Source: Camelus ferus
Lineage: Eukaryota
Assembly (NCBI RefSeq): GCF_009834535.1
Contig: NC_045725.1
Location: 15,748,001-15,812,000, forward strand
Length of the DNA: 64,000 nucleotides
Direction: 5' to 3'
Shown here: positions 24,816-36,520 of the stretch, piece after piece
Layout of the letters: each line of letters begins with the position of its first letter
Position numbering within the stretch: position 1 is the first letter of the stretch
Made by a program: the position numbers and the translations under genes
The notes under the pieces: generated by a model
The model's database searches: none
Seen by the model: only the letters and a program-made list of their open reading frames with translations
Told to the model about the DNA's origin: nothing

Positions 24816-26047
24816 AGTGGGTACTCCTGAGGATTTACAAGCTCTTCAGCCCAGGATGGTGGCAGAAGGAAGGGCCAGCTCAGAACTGGGCAGCTGGGCA
24901 ACATTGGTTGGGGTGGGGGTTCCATTTGTGAACCAGGCCTCCTGTTCCCTGTGTTTCCTCTACTGCTCAGGGCACCTGCCTTCCCAGCCCCCCATCCCCA
25001 CCCCTTGGGAAAACTGTACACCCATCCATTTACACGAAGGTGTTGGGAACTTAAAGTGCTACTTCTTCCAGGCTCATTTGCATTTAAACAGTGGCTTTCA
25101 GGAGAAAGTGGTCTTTCTAAAGTGCAGTTTTAAGCTCTAGGGTGCCTGGGTTGGAAGCCGCCTGGTCTTCAAATCACATCTCCTCAGAGACAGCCTATGG
25201 GGCACAGGAATTCAGCTGTGTCTCCAGCTTCCACTGCTGAAGGCTGGCGGGCCCTCCCTAGGTGCAGCTGGGCTGCTGGAGCTGAGGAATTCCCCATCTG
25301 CTCACAGCCCCGTCCTCTGTGGGAGAGAGGCAGCAATTAGCATCCCTGGAACAGATCCTCTTTGTTTACGTTCCAGACTGTGGGATTCAGGCCTCCCCCA
25401 GAGACATGCTAATTATGTGGAAGGGACCCTGGGTGCCTATTGGCATCAGATCCCGGCTCAAATGTTGCTGCTGCTGGAAATAAGCCAGGTGTAGGTGAAA
25501 CCCCGTCCAGGCTTGTGCATTGATTGTAACCCGCTTCTCATCCAGGAAGCCCCCTGCTGCTCCAGCCCCTGGAGCTCTCTCCGTATCTTCCTACTCCAAA
25601 ATTTCTATAGCTCCCATGGTCAGGAAAACATGCTTGCTCTCCTCATGAGTATCTTCCATCATCTCACCCACGATTGCCTTTCCTTCCTATCTAAATTGCG
25701 GTTCCTTCACAGGGGACCTTGTTTTATACTTAAAGAATCTACCAACCAATCAATCGATGTTTATTAAAGAATCCTTTTTGCCAAGCACCACGCAAAGATC
25801 AACAGGGCACTGTCAGCTGAGGGGGGCTGAAGAGGGATTTGAGGAGGTGAGCTGCTCCAACTAGAAGAAGGCGCAAGGAGCCGACCTGGAGCAAAACAGC
25901 ACTTCATTGCAGTATAAGGGGGTGGTGTGTGCGGCGTGGCGGCGGTGCCGGCTCTCAGTACTTTCTTCTAGTTTAACAAGGTGGTGCTGGCTGTGGCGCA
26001 CTTGTCCTGCTTTTATCTATTCTGCCCGCACATGGGCAGTGTTCATT

Positions 26048-26190
26048 TCTTTGTTCATACTACTTACATAACGCTGCTAGCACGTGCGTACCTTTACTTT
26101 TCTTTGTTCATAAGGCTTACATAACTGGCACATGTGTATTGTTCATAATGCTTACTCAGCTACCAGCACGTGCATACATTTACCTCTTAC
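26048..26190. repeat. Three imperfect tandem units TTGTTCATA-NNN-CTTAC..A..GCAC(G/A)TG
   Basis: Units start at about 26048, 26101 and 26139; not recognised as a TE. Confidence 0.85.
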
Positions 26191-26269
26191 CAGGTGCAAG
26201 CTATTGTGAACTATTGTTCTGGGCTCCCCTGGCCTATTCACTTAAGGCTGGGTCCCATGGCCTATTAAC

Positions 26270-27100
26270 TAAATGCTGCCAACAGGCACCATCTGCAATG
26301 AGTCGTGTGCAGCTTAGTTGGGGGTTGGAGGATATACAGCTGAGTGAACAGTTACGTACCAATGGCTAATAGAGGAATGCATTGATTACTCTGGGAAGGT
26401 TGAGGAGGGGGTCCAGAAATGTGCCTGGGAAGGAGGGAAGGGAGGAATGGCGGAGGGCTTCCTGGAGGAGGTGACATCTGGACATGATTAAGGATGAGTA
26501 GAGTTTACCTTACCAGTGTTACAGACAGCTGGAAAAGCATGTACAAAGTCACATGGTGGGAAAGAGCTTTGGGCTTTCCTGGGACCGTGGGAAGCTGAGG
26601 TGATTGGGTTGTGGACCACCTGTGAGAGGGACAGAGGCAAAGTGGAGAGGCAGGTGGCTGAGTCCTAAAAGGTATTACCTTCCAAGCTAAAGAGTTTGCA
26701 GGTTGACTTGAGGTCCTGGGCAACCAGTGAAGGATTTTAATGAGGATGGTATGGGCAGAGTTGCTTCTCAGAGAGAGAGAGAGGACAGTGTGGAGGATGA
26801 GATTGGGGTTATGAAATGAAAGGGGGGACCAGGAAGGTGCCAGGACGGCTGAGGACTGAGACCCAGGCAGGAAGAGTGGGGCAAGGAAGGAGGTGGTGAG
26901 GGAGAGGGGAGACCAGATAGCACAGGGGAGTTAATGAGATCAAAGTGTGGACACATTGGATTGTCAGTCATGAGGTTACTGGTGATTTTAGAGCAATTTC
27001 AGTGGAGCGGTAATGAGTGGATAATACTTTCAAAAAACTTTGCTTTGAAGGATGGGAGATGATAGAATGAAGTCCAAGTGGAGCAGGTGTAGGAAAAACT
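26270..27100 (-). mobile_element. L2 fragments
   Basis: gggcttcctggaggaggtgacatctg..aaggatgagtagagttt..gggcaaccagtgaaggattttaa..gtttcagtggag-like motifs. Confidence 0.6.
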
Positions 27101-28829
27101 TCCTTCTAAGACAGATTTTGAACATATCTCTATCCTTCCCCTTTCCCTATTTTACTGAAATCATCTGAGCAGGTGGATGGATGCCTGCCTCCCTGACCAC
27201 CCCAGCATTGTTGTGCATCCCAGTCTGGGTCAGGGGCTGCTCTTCTTCCAGTGCCCCAGCCCCATGAAGAGCTGTGGCAAAGCGCACAGGTGGTGAACCA
27301 GGTTGTCGCTTCCTTATGTGTCTTCCTCATAGACCGGGAGGGGCACAGAAACTACGCTCACGTAGCTTGGGTTTCCCATCCCCCATCCTGGTGCTTGGCA
27401 CGAAGTCGGTGCTCAGTAAATTGCCTTGAACCAGCTTGTGTGAGCAAAGTGGTGGCTTGTTTCCAGACACTGCCTACCTGGGGAGACCCAGGTGGAGTGA
27501 ACTGTGGTTATCCTAGCATTGGAGCCACAAGGCATCTGTTGACTCTTGTGTGACCAAGAAAAATGACAAAAGAGCTGAGATTTCTCTGCCTCTCAATCCA
27601 GGGCCAACACCTTGGGAATAAATGTTTAAGTGCAAGTTCAAGCACATCCACATCAGGTATGTGAACCCAGAGTGGCTCACTCGTGTTCCCGGAACTGGTG
27701 TTTGAGGGTGCCAAGGGTGTGCTAATTCTTGTCCCTCCTAGGTCATGAAAAATCTTAAAGGAAGTGCAGTCATCTGTGTTGATTTCCTAAGTGGAGGCTG
27801 TGAGTGAAAGGCTCTGCCCACTCACCGATATGGTTCCCTCCTCACTGATGCCTGGAATTGTCCTGGTCTCTGTGAGTGTGCATTACCCCTTAAGTACTGC
27901 CGTAACCTGGCTCTCCTCACCTGGAAAGTCAAGGAGTCATTTCGGCTCCAGTTCACTCAGATTCTGCTTAATTTTTAGATCCTTTCTTGAGATAAGGTTT
28001 TGATAGGGAGAGCTGGAAGGATGTTATTTATGTACCTGAGAGGGAAGAAGGGCTTCTGCGGAGGGTGAAGGGCTGAGAAATGGGAGGCTATGGCTCTGGG
28101 AAACCAATTGCCTACGCCCCTGCCTGCATATCACCTCCAATGCAAATGAGGAGTCAGGATGACCCTGACGGTGAGATACCCAAGCAATCAAAGCAAGTTC
28201 TTGGTGGTCATGTGAAGTCATATCCGTGGGCTCCCACGGGAAGTGGCAGTTTGGACCAGACCAGTTCAGACCTGCCCTGAAAGTAACTCAAAGGCCCCTG
28301 AAGCGGTCTCAGAACTCCTGGGACTGCTCTTCCTGGGACCGCTCTTTCTGGGACCTGCTCACTGGATCTGCTCTGGCCTGGACAACCTCTAGGTCTGCCC
28401 TGTGCTGTGACTAAGCCCTCATGGTGATTCAGGCTCAGAGCACACCCAGCCTGCAGGGAGGGAAGGCAAGCTCCCTGTTCTACAACAAAAGCATTGAAGG
28501 CACCTCTGTCTGCCCTTGACGTCGTGAAGATGCTGCCCCGAGAAGGCCTGGTTCTGGGTCTCAGTTGGTGGATAGAGCAGAGATTCTGAGAGAGCTTTCT
28601 TCACTTTCTGGTTCTGAGTAGGCAGTGAGAGTGCGTGCTGTGACTTGGTCAGAGCTTGGTCCGGGCAGTGGTTCTCACATCGTGAAGTTGAGGAGACCCT
28701 TTCTGATGCGTCGTGGCCAACTAGGCGTGAGAGGATGAGGAACGTAGAGCATCTTCAGAGTCTGTTTTTAACTCTCAGTGCAATGACCACTCTCTGAAAA
28801 GGGGAGGCAGTGCACTTTCCCAGGAAAAA

Positions 28830-29010
28830 GCTGAACTGGGAGCCAGGACGCCTGAGTGGTTCTACCACTCAAGATCCAAGTGCACTTTACTACCTGGGTC
28901 TGTTTCCTCATCTCTACAGTGGGGACGAGAATACTTGTCCTGGGCCCTCGTAGACTAGTTTTGAGAATCAAATGAGATAAAAATATGAAAGGGCCTTGAA
29001 ACTGCCACAT
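28830..29010 (+). mobile_element. MIR
   Basis: ctgtttcctcatctctacagtgggga..ttttgagaatcaaatgagataa..gggccttgaaactg. Confidence 0.6.
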
Positions 29011-29040
29011 GCTGTCCTGAGATAGGAGATGGTTCTTTTG

Positions 29041-29177
29041 TTGTTTGGTTTTTTTTTTTTTGGAGGGGGTAATTAGGCTTGCTTATTTATTTATTTTTAG
29101 AGGAGGTACTGGGGATTGAACCCAGGACCTTGTGTATGCTAAGCATGTGCTCTACCACTTGAGCTATATCCCCTCCC
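29041..29177 (-). mobile_element. tRNA(Ala)-derived SINE
   Basis: Canonical head; TSD aggagatggttcttttg (29024-29040) and aggagacgattcttttg (29178-29194). Confidence 0.94.
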
Positions 29178-30072
29178 AGGAGACGATTCTTTTGGTTACG
29201 GACCAACTGGACTCTCCCTCCTCCAGATCTTTGCTACGTTAGACCACATGGGCCTGCAGGGGTGGGGGTCCGTGTGGCAGTGGGGCTCTTTCAGCCCAAT
29301 GTGGGGCCTTCCAACTGGCAGCACAGTTTGCTGCCTTGTGTCTCTTGTCCATCTGTCCCACAGCAGAGCCAGTGGGGGCTTCGAGGCAGGAACTGTTTTC
29401 ATGGTTTCTGCCATGAGCAAAGCAAGCTTTCCCTGGTCTGTGCTCCAAGCCCCCGGTTGTTGGAGAGGATCGGAGACTTGCTTTTATCTCTGGAACAGTT
29501 ACAGCTTTTATGGTCGGTCAGGCGTTTTATTGTTTCCGCCGTGATGCCATGGTTGGAATTTGGTCCTTCTCTTTGTAGTGCTCCCCGCTGTTGAATTAAT
29601 AAGGGGGAAGTCAAGGGAGTTGTGCGCTGGACAGTGAAAGCTGTGGGCTTGGGATTTTACAAACTCATGACAGTTCTCTTTTGGTTGGGAGGCCGCTGAG
29701 CTAGGAAGGGTTGGAGATCTGGAATTCTCCTTTCTCATCTGGCTCCTGGGAGTGGGGCCGGGATGGCTTACAAATCTCTGGGCATTGTCTTATTAAAATT
29801 CTCTTGTGGGAAGCAGGCCAGTGCCAGAGGAGGGGCTTTCTGGGGACCATCTCTGAGTGGTGACGGAGCAAAAATGTCAGCATCAGGTCTGTGGAATTTA
29901 GCCCCAAAATGATCAGTTTCATGCAAAGAGCAGTGTCGAACAGGGAAACAAGATTCAACCACTTAGGATTCTGGCTCTTTGGAACCTACAGGAAAGGAAA
30001 TTGAACATAGCCACACGTGGTTAGGACCCATGGTGGACTCTGATGACCACCATTAGGGAGGTCCCAACACAG

Positions 30073-30419
30073 TGTAATGGGGGTTTAGAGTCTTGCTATG
30101 TGTCCCTCCAAGTTCATATGTTGAAGCCTAATCCTCAGTGTGATGGTATTAGTAGATGGGGCCTTTGTGAGGTAGCCCCTAGTGGTCGTGAGGATGGAGC
30201 CTTCATGAATAGGATTAGTGCCCTTACAGAAGAGCCCTCAGAGAGCGCCTCAGTCCCTTCCACCATGTGAGGATACAATGAGGAAATCAGAAAAGGGCCT
30301 TCACTGAGCAGGCTGGCACCCTGCTTTGGACTTCCAGCCTTCAAAACTGTAAGAAATAAATGTCTATAAGTTATCCAGTCTCTGGACTTTTGTTAGAGTA
30401 GTTCATATGGACTGAGACA
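30073..30419 (+). mobile_element. MaLR MLT1A/B-like solo LTR
   Basis: tgtaatgg..tgtgtccctccaagttcatatgttgaagcctaatcc..agaaataaatgtct..gactgagaca. Confidence 0.88.
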
Positions 30420-30789
30420 GGTACTGTCGGGAGACTCCCAGAAGTCTGATGGCTGATGGGTGGCTGCAGCAGCCACACCTGTGATCAGGTGTCTCCACAG
30501 AGCCCCACATTTTTGCCACCCGAGCTGGTAGCCTGAGAGCATTGTTGCATCAGCCTGGGTTTGAGGCCAGTCTCATCAGGCAAACAAGCAGCTCTCTCAC
30601 AGGCCATAACAGGGATGTGCCCGGGGTGACTGCCTGCCCAGGGATTCCAAGCCTGTCACCCTGCGATGCCTCCTCTGACTTGGACTAGCCTGTGTCCCAA
30701 AGATGAGGTCCCTCTTATTTAGAAAAGAAAAGAAAACTAGAAACCATCAGAAGCAGTCCCATCCCCAGTTCCTCATCCCCAAACCTTCC

Positions 30790-31460
30790 TCTCTTTGTTT
30801 GCACCCTGTGACTCTTCCCTGTGTCACAATGGAAGTGTGTCCATAAAATCCTCCCATCCAACTCACCCCCACCACCTGCGGCCCCAGATTTCACAACCTA
30901 CTGATCCCCTGAAACGTCTCCTCTCTCCATGTCTTCAGCCCCTCCCCCGGGCTAGTTTATTTTCCATCTGCATTTAACACATTCAAGTCTCATTCACAAA
31001 AATAAAAGCCTTCCTCCTTGCCCTCACATGCCCTGCCATTCTGTTTCCTGCACCTTCTGGAAGGCGTTTCTGTCCTTGCCTTCTCCACCACTGTTTCCCC
31101 CTCATGTTCATGCCTGAACTCACTACTCTCTGGCTTTTCCATCTGCCCTGTGGTACCAAAGGCCCGTCTCTAGAGCCAATGTGCATTTTCTTGGCAAGTT
31201 TGATTCTTTTGGCCTCTCCTTCCTGGCGAAAGAAAAAGCCCCCTCTTCCCTTAAGTTCTTTGACACCACACATGATCCTGGTTCTCCTCTGTCTGCAACT
31301 TCTCCTGCTCAGTCTCCCCTTCCCAGCTTCTGTTCTTGTGTTCTGAACTTTCTCTCTCTCTCTTCTTGACACTCACCCTCAGCTATTTGATCCATTTACA
31401 TAACATAAAAACTCACCGCCTATCTCTGATTCCAGCCTACACAGCTCTCCTGAGCTCTGA
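30790..31460 (+). mobile_element. L2 fragment
   Basis: Pyrimidine-rich L2 ORF/3' motifs (tttgacaccacacatgatcctggttctcctctgtctg; cacagctctcctgagctct). Confidence 0.5.
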
Positions 31461-33199
31461 CACCTGCCATGAGCAGGTGAGGCGGGCTCCCCTCCCTCTT
31501 GTATGCGTCAGCAAATGGCATGGTTGGTAACTATATCACTCAAGTCAGGAACTTGACTTTGTGAATAAAGTGTGGGATGCCTGGTGAGTACATGAAAATT
31601 TCCCTTGAGCTCACATTTTCTCCCACCACCCTGGGGAAGTAGGTTCTGGAAGGACAGAGAGAGAGGAGGTGGGGACGGAGAGGTAGGAGGAGAAGGAGAG
31701 AGAGACATAGACACAGGTGTGAAATAGAGCATGAGTCCTCTTTTTTAAGGATGAACTTCTGTGACATGTTTTATCCATGTTTGCAGCATTTAAGTAGTGA
31801 AGAGTTGTCAAGGCAGGATTCTGGCAGATTCCTCATCAGAGGGCATTTCAGAGAATGGCCTTAAGGATGAACCCAAACAGGATTGTCCTGATGTTTTCTT
31901 GAGTTTAGATCTGGGTCAGCATTGATCAAAAGCTGAAGTCCCCAAACAAGAAGTGGTGACTGGGGGAGGGCTGGGAAGGAGGGAGGACAGGCTGCATGTG
32001 TAGATGGTGCCAGCATCATGGCGCTACCACCAGCGAGGGGCTCTCTGAGCGCTGGTGGGCAGCTCTTCCCCCCTTCCCTGAAGTGGCTAAGCTTCAGGCA
32101 AACAGACCCTGGAGGCCTAGAAGGGCCGTGATGGGAGGGAGGCTCCAAAGATGATACAACCCAACTCTTCTCACTTTCGGTGGGGAGACCAGAAGCTGAG
32201 GTGCGCATAAGCCTTCGTCCCCTTTGGCACAACCACCCTGATTTTGGTGGATCGGTTCTTGTACCTCCTCATGGGTTCTGTGCAAAACACCCAACACCTC
32301 TTTTCTGTTCCTGGTTTTGAACAGGCAGCATAGCTCCGTGGAAGGTTGCCTCATGGTCTCTACTCTTCCAGTTCACTCTGTCTCCTGCTCTTCCCTTGAC
32401 ATTCCTCTTCTTCCGACACCCATCCCCATTCCCTAGTCTAACCAGGTGATTCATCTACTCCAGTTCTAACCTGGATTGGGTCCCCTAATCTCTCAAGATA
32501 TAGACATCTGTCGTAAGGTTTGGCTTTAAGGAGGTTTTCTTCAACCCTTTTCTCTTTTCCAGCATTCCCGTGACAGCAGGATTCTTGTAAGAACTCTTTC
32601 ATCACGTCGCTCCACAGGCCAAAAGTGTGTGGAAGCTGTCCCAAGCCCGGTGGACTCACTCTGAACTTCACACCAAGTGTCTGACACTCTCCACAGTCAC
32701 CTACCCTGCCTTTCCACCTTGTCTGCAGCCCATAATTACCCTGCTCCAGCTGCTCACCTTTCCACCATCTTCAGTGTGTGTGTCACGCACACACACAATT
32801 ACTCACACACTCTTCTGGAATGATTTCCTTGGGATCTCATGCCAACTTTCCATTGTCAGGTTGTGCTGCCTGGGGCAGGTCCCTTCCCCACTCAGAACCT
32901 CAGCTTCCCCATCAGGAAAACAGAGGGATTGGACTAGGTGAGCTTCATTGGGGCCCCTTTCAACGCCGAGATTCTTTAGCTTGGTGATGAGTTGGAAAGC
33001 TGCTGGAGGACAGGAACTCTGTCTCATATACACCTTTGTGTTCACCGCAGAAGCCACATAGAAACTGCTGTCTAGGTCAGTGTTGATTTTGTTATTGTGA
33101 CAGTCTGCCCCACCGTGGGGACAAAAGGTCTCCTTGCAGGTGTGGTCGTGTGTTTGTGTGGCTGTTTTTGTTTCTTGGACTGTGTACTCGTCAGTAAGA

Positions 33200-33345
33200 T
33201 GTGTGCATACCTAGAGAGGGTTATTTTGAGGAACTGGCTCATGGGATTGTGAAAATTGGCAAGTCCAAAGTCTTCAGGGACCGTCAGCAGCCTGGAGACC
33301 CAGGGAGGAGCTGCAGTTCAAGTCCAAAGGCTGTCTGCTAGCAAA
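33200..33345 (-). mobile_element. MLT2-like LTR fragment
   Basis: ttattttgaggaactggctcatgggattgtg..ggcaagtccaaagtc..cagcctggagacccaggga. Confidence 0.6.
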
Positions 33346-34164
33346 ACCCTCTACCCACCTTAGACGTTGTTTCCATAATCCCCAATTTTACAACATTTTC
33401 TACCAATTTCCATCAGTTCTCAGGCCCAATTGTGTGGGTGAGCGCGAGTGCTTCTATTGTATTACCTCCCTGGCCAGAATGTAACTCATTTGGTTCAGGA
33501 ATTCCTTTTCTCTCTGACTCAGACCCAGAACAGCTCCTCAGTGAGACATCACTGGTAAATTGCAAGGTTCAGCACCAGGCATGTGGAAGCAATGCTCTTC
33601 TTCTGCAGCCTTACACTTACCTTAGGTAGGGAAAAAACAAAAGAAAAGAAACTGTCTCATCTGCCCAGGCAGGTTTTACCCTGGGGTATGGGTCTAAGCC
33701 TGCCTTTCCAAATCACTTTGCCGCGGAAGGAAGAACACCAGTCCAGGCGAACAGAAGCTCCAGAGAAAATAAGAAAGTAAGATGAACTCCATGACCCTGG
33801 GTTCATCTTGAACAAGCCAATGGGAGATGGGGTTCCACCTTACCTTTGGCAGGTGAGGTTGGTTGGCAAACATCTTAAGCAGGAAGAAGCATAGTATTCA
33901 AGTTTCCATCGTCAAATATCTATAAGAATTGATTTTGTGAAAATAGACAAGAAAATGTTAGAAAAGAGGTTCTGTGGATTAATGGAAGTTGACCAATCCC
34001 AGGCGATCACCTGCAGTGGCCGAGTGTACCAGTAAGATGCTCAAGCTGCGTGGTGCTTCTCTGGGAGTAGATCTGGCTTGTCCATCCCATGTTCTGGACC
34101 TAGGACCTGTCTTCAAAGGGTTGCCTGTGGCCTTGAACAAAAGCATCATCAGTTTGCAAGGAAT

Positions 34165-34385
34165 CACACTTGAATCCAGCAACTCGAAACTCAGGGAGGG
34201 GAATGCAGCGTGAGAATCCCAGGGCAGCTTGTTGGATGCACACATACCCAAATATCCCCACCCCACATGGTTCTGACTTGATAGGACGGCAGAGGGGCCC
34301 AAGAATATGCAGGCTCACGGGTCTTGCCAGGTGATTCTGCCGCCCAGCCAGGTAGGGGAACCACGGTCCTAACCCAGTGTGGAGT
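34165..34385. mobile_element. MER5-like DNA transposon remnant
   Basis: gagaatcccagggcagcttgttgg..ggttctgacttgatagg..gggcccaagaatatgca..ccaggtgattctg. Confidence 0.55.
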
Positions 34386-36149
34386 GATTGGGGATGGACC
34401 ACTGGCTTCCATATTAGCCCCCTTTCTATTCCCTCTGTTTTGGGGCCTCAGCTCTACACCATGAACTTCTGCATGCTCTCAGCAGTGTGTGTTATCAGAG
34501 GCCCTAGGTGTTTGACCTGCCCTCCCCACAATGAAAGAGATTCTCACACCCCTCCCTCCCCATTTTTGAGAATTTATTAAATTACGTGTGTCTGGCTAGA
34601 GGGGGAGAGGAAGTTCCCCTGCACACACACACCTGGGCATTTGAACTCTTCTCCTTTATTGCCTGCCCTTCCTCACATGGTCCTGGGGGACGCCAGGGAG
34701 CAGAAGGAGGAAATACGCCTGGTGGTGGAGCTTTCTGTGACCTGGACACCTGGCCAGTGACTAACAGTTTTGATGTCAGCAGGTGCCCTTACAGTGGCTG
34801 TGTAAAAGTCCTCTTGAAAGACAGGGGCCAAGTTAGTTGAGAGCTGTGACCTCAAGTGCCAGCCCCTGACCCCAGCCACCTCCTTTGCATCTGCTGCTTT
34901 CCCTGGGAAAGGCATGAGTAGTAAGAGGAATGGAATCGGCAAACTCTGCTCACGCTCACTGATGATATCAAGCCAGAGTGGAAGGACTGGAGGAGGGAAA
35001 AACCTCATGTGTGCTCCCTGGGGAGCCCCAGAATGACTCCTCAACACCTGGGCTCACCGCCGCCGCCCACTCTTGGTCTGCTTGCCTGTAGGTTGGATGC
35101 TGCTGCCCACCCTTCCCACACATTCTTATCTCCAAGCCCCTCCTCTGCCCCAGAAGACAAGCACAAGGTGTCTTTTTGTTAGAGGGTCTTGCTGCCCTCG
35201 CCACAGCAAAGGACAGAGGAACGGGATCGCACACAGGGGAGTTGCAGAGTGTATAGGGCACACATAGGCTGCTCCGTGCTTGGCCCCCAGTTCCTGCCTT
35301 TCTTCTGAGACGGTAACAGGGAGCCCCATGGACACAGCTCATCAAAGACTCCCCCCGACCCCAACCCCTGGGCCCTCTGTGTAAAAAGAGGTTAACAACT
35401 CACACTTCACTTGTCTTTCCAGATCTCCTTTCTTGCCTGTCTGGTTTTCCGTTCTGCTGACTCTTTGGAGTCTCCCTCTCTGTTTCCTCTTCGGATCCAT
35501 AGCGCATGCATGGGAGCTGCCTTGTGTTCTGATGTGGCTGAGATGTTGCCTCTCAGATTAACCCCCCCCCCCCCACTGAGTCAACCGCCCATCCTCCACC
35601 CCACGCCCCAATCTTGTCCCCTATTCTGGCCCCATCCTTTGGCTCTTGCTGACCTGGGTGGAGGAGCAGACATGGACAGATGGCATCTCACTGGGGAAGA
35701 GAGAATAGGGGGCGCTCTATGACACCTCCTTGGACACCCAGCCTCCTCCCTGCCTCCACTTGACAGCCCTGTTTTATACCTCCTTCACATGCTCTCTGAT
35801 TAGGACAGCTTCGCCCGGCTGCTCTTAGCCCTTACGTATGTCTGCACGATGATGGGCATTAACAGGAAACCAAGCTTCATGTGGGCACAGGCTACCACCC
35901 CAGTTAGATCAAAGAGGGCAGGAAATATGCCCCCAGCACTCATAGTGTCCTGCACGCTGGTGGAAGTCCAGCTGCACTGGCAGCTGACTCCTCCTGGTGA
36001 AAGTTTCCTGCTTTCCCAGGGCTCCAGGAGGTACTGGAAGCAAACTTTCCACCAGCAGCTTTGTTGTGACGAAAGCCAGTGGAAAGAAGAGCTTTCTTGC
36101 TGGGAAGAATTCTGAATTCTGGGTGTGTAAAGAAAACATTTCTCTGACC

Positions 36150-36520
36150 AAAGCAATCCATATATTCATTCATTTGTCCTTTCATTCACTGATTCCCAGT
36201 AGCCCTACTAAGTGCCAGTTCTAGGTAATACCGCAGTCCTTGGGAGCCCATCATCTTGTTGGGGAGATAAGGCTTGAAATGATTAGACAACACAAGACAA
36301 GTCAGCATGTGACTAAATGCCCCAGGTGTTTGGTTGGAATCATGAGTTGAGGAGGTCAGAGAAGAAGGCGGGTAGGGTTGCCAGGGAGGGTTGAGGGCAC
36401 TCTGTGGTGATGAGTGGTTTCCCAGGCCCTCAAAGGAAGGGCAGAATTTAGACGCACAGAAGAGATTATGGAAGATCTTCCAGGAGGAAGAAATGAGCAA
36501 AACCATGGTGTCCTGCAGTG
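36150..36520 (-). mobile_element. L2 3' fragment
   Basis: tattcattcatt..ccctactaagtgccagttctagg..ggaagatcttccaggaggaagaaatgagcaaaaccatgg. Confidence 0.55.

Noticed and set aside
35700-35720. CTCF site (AGGGGGCGCT)
   Set aside because: Only the 3' half of the motif matches; the CCAC/CCAG part is absent, which is too weak without ChIP data.
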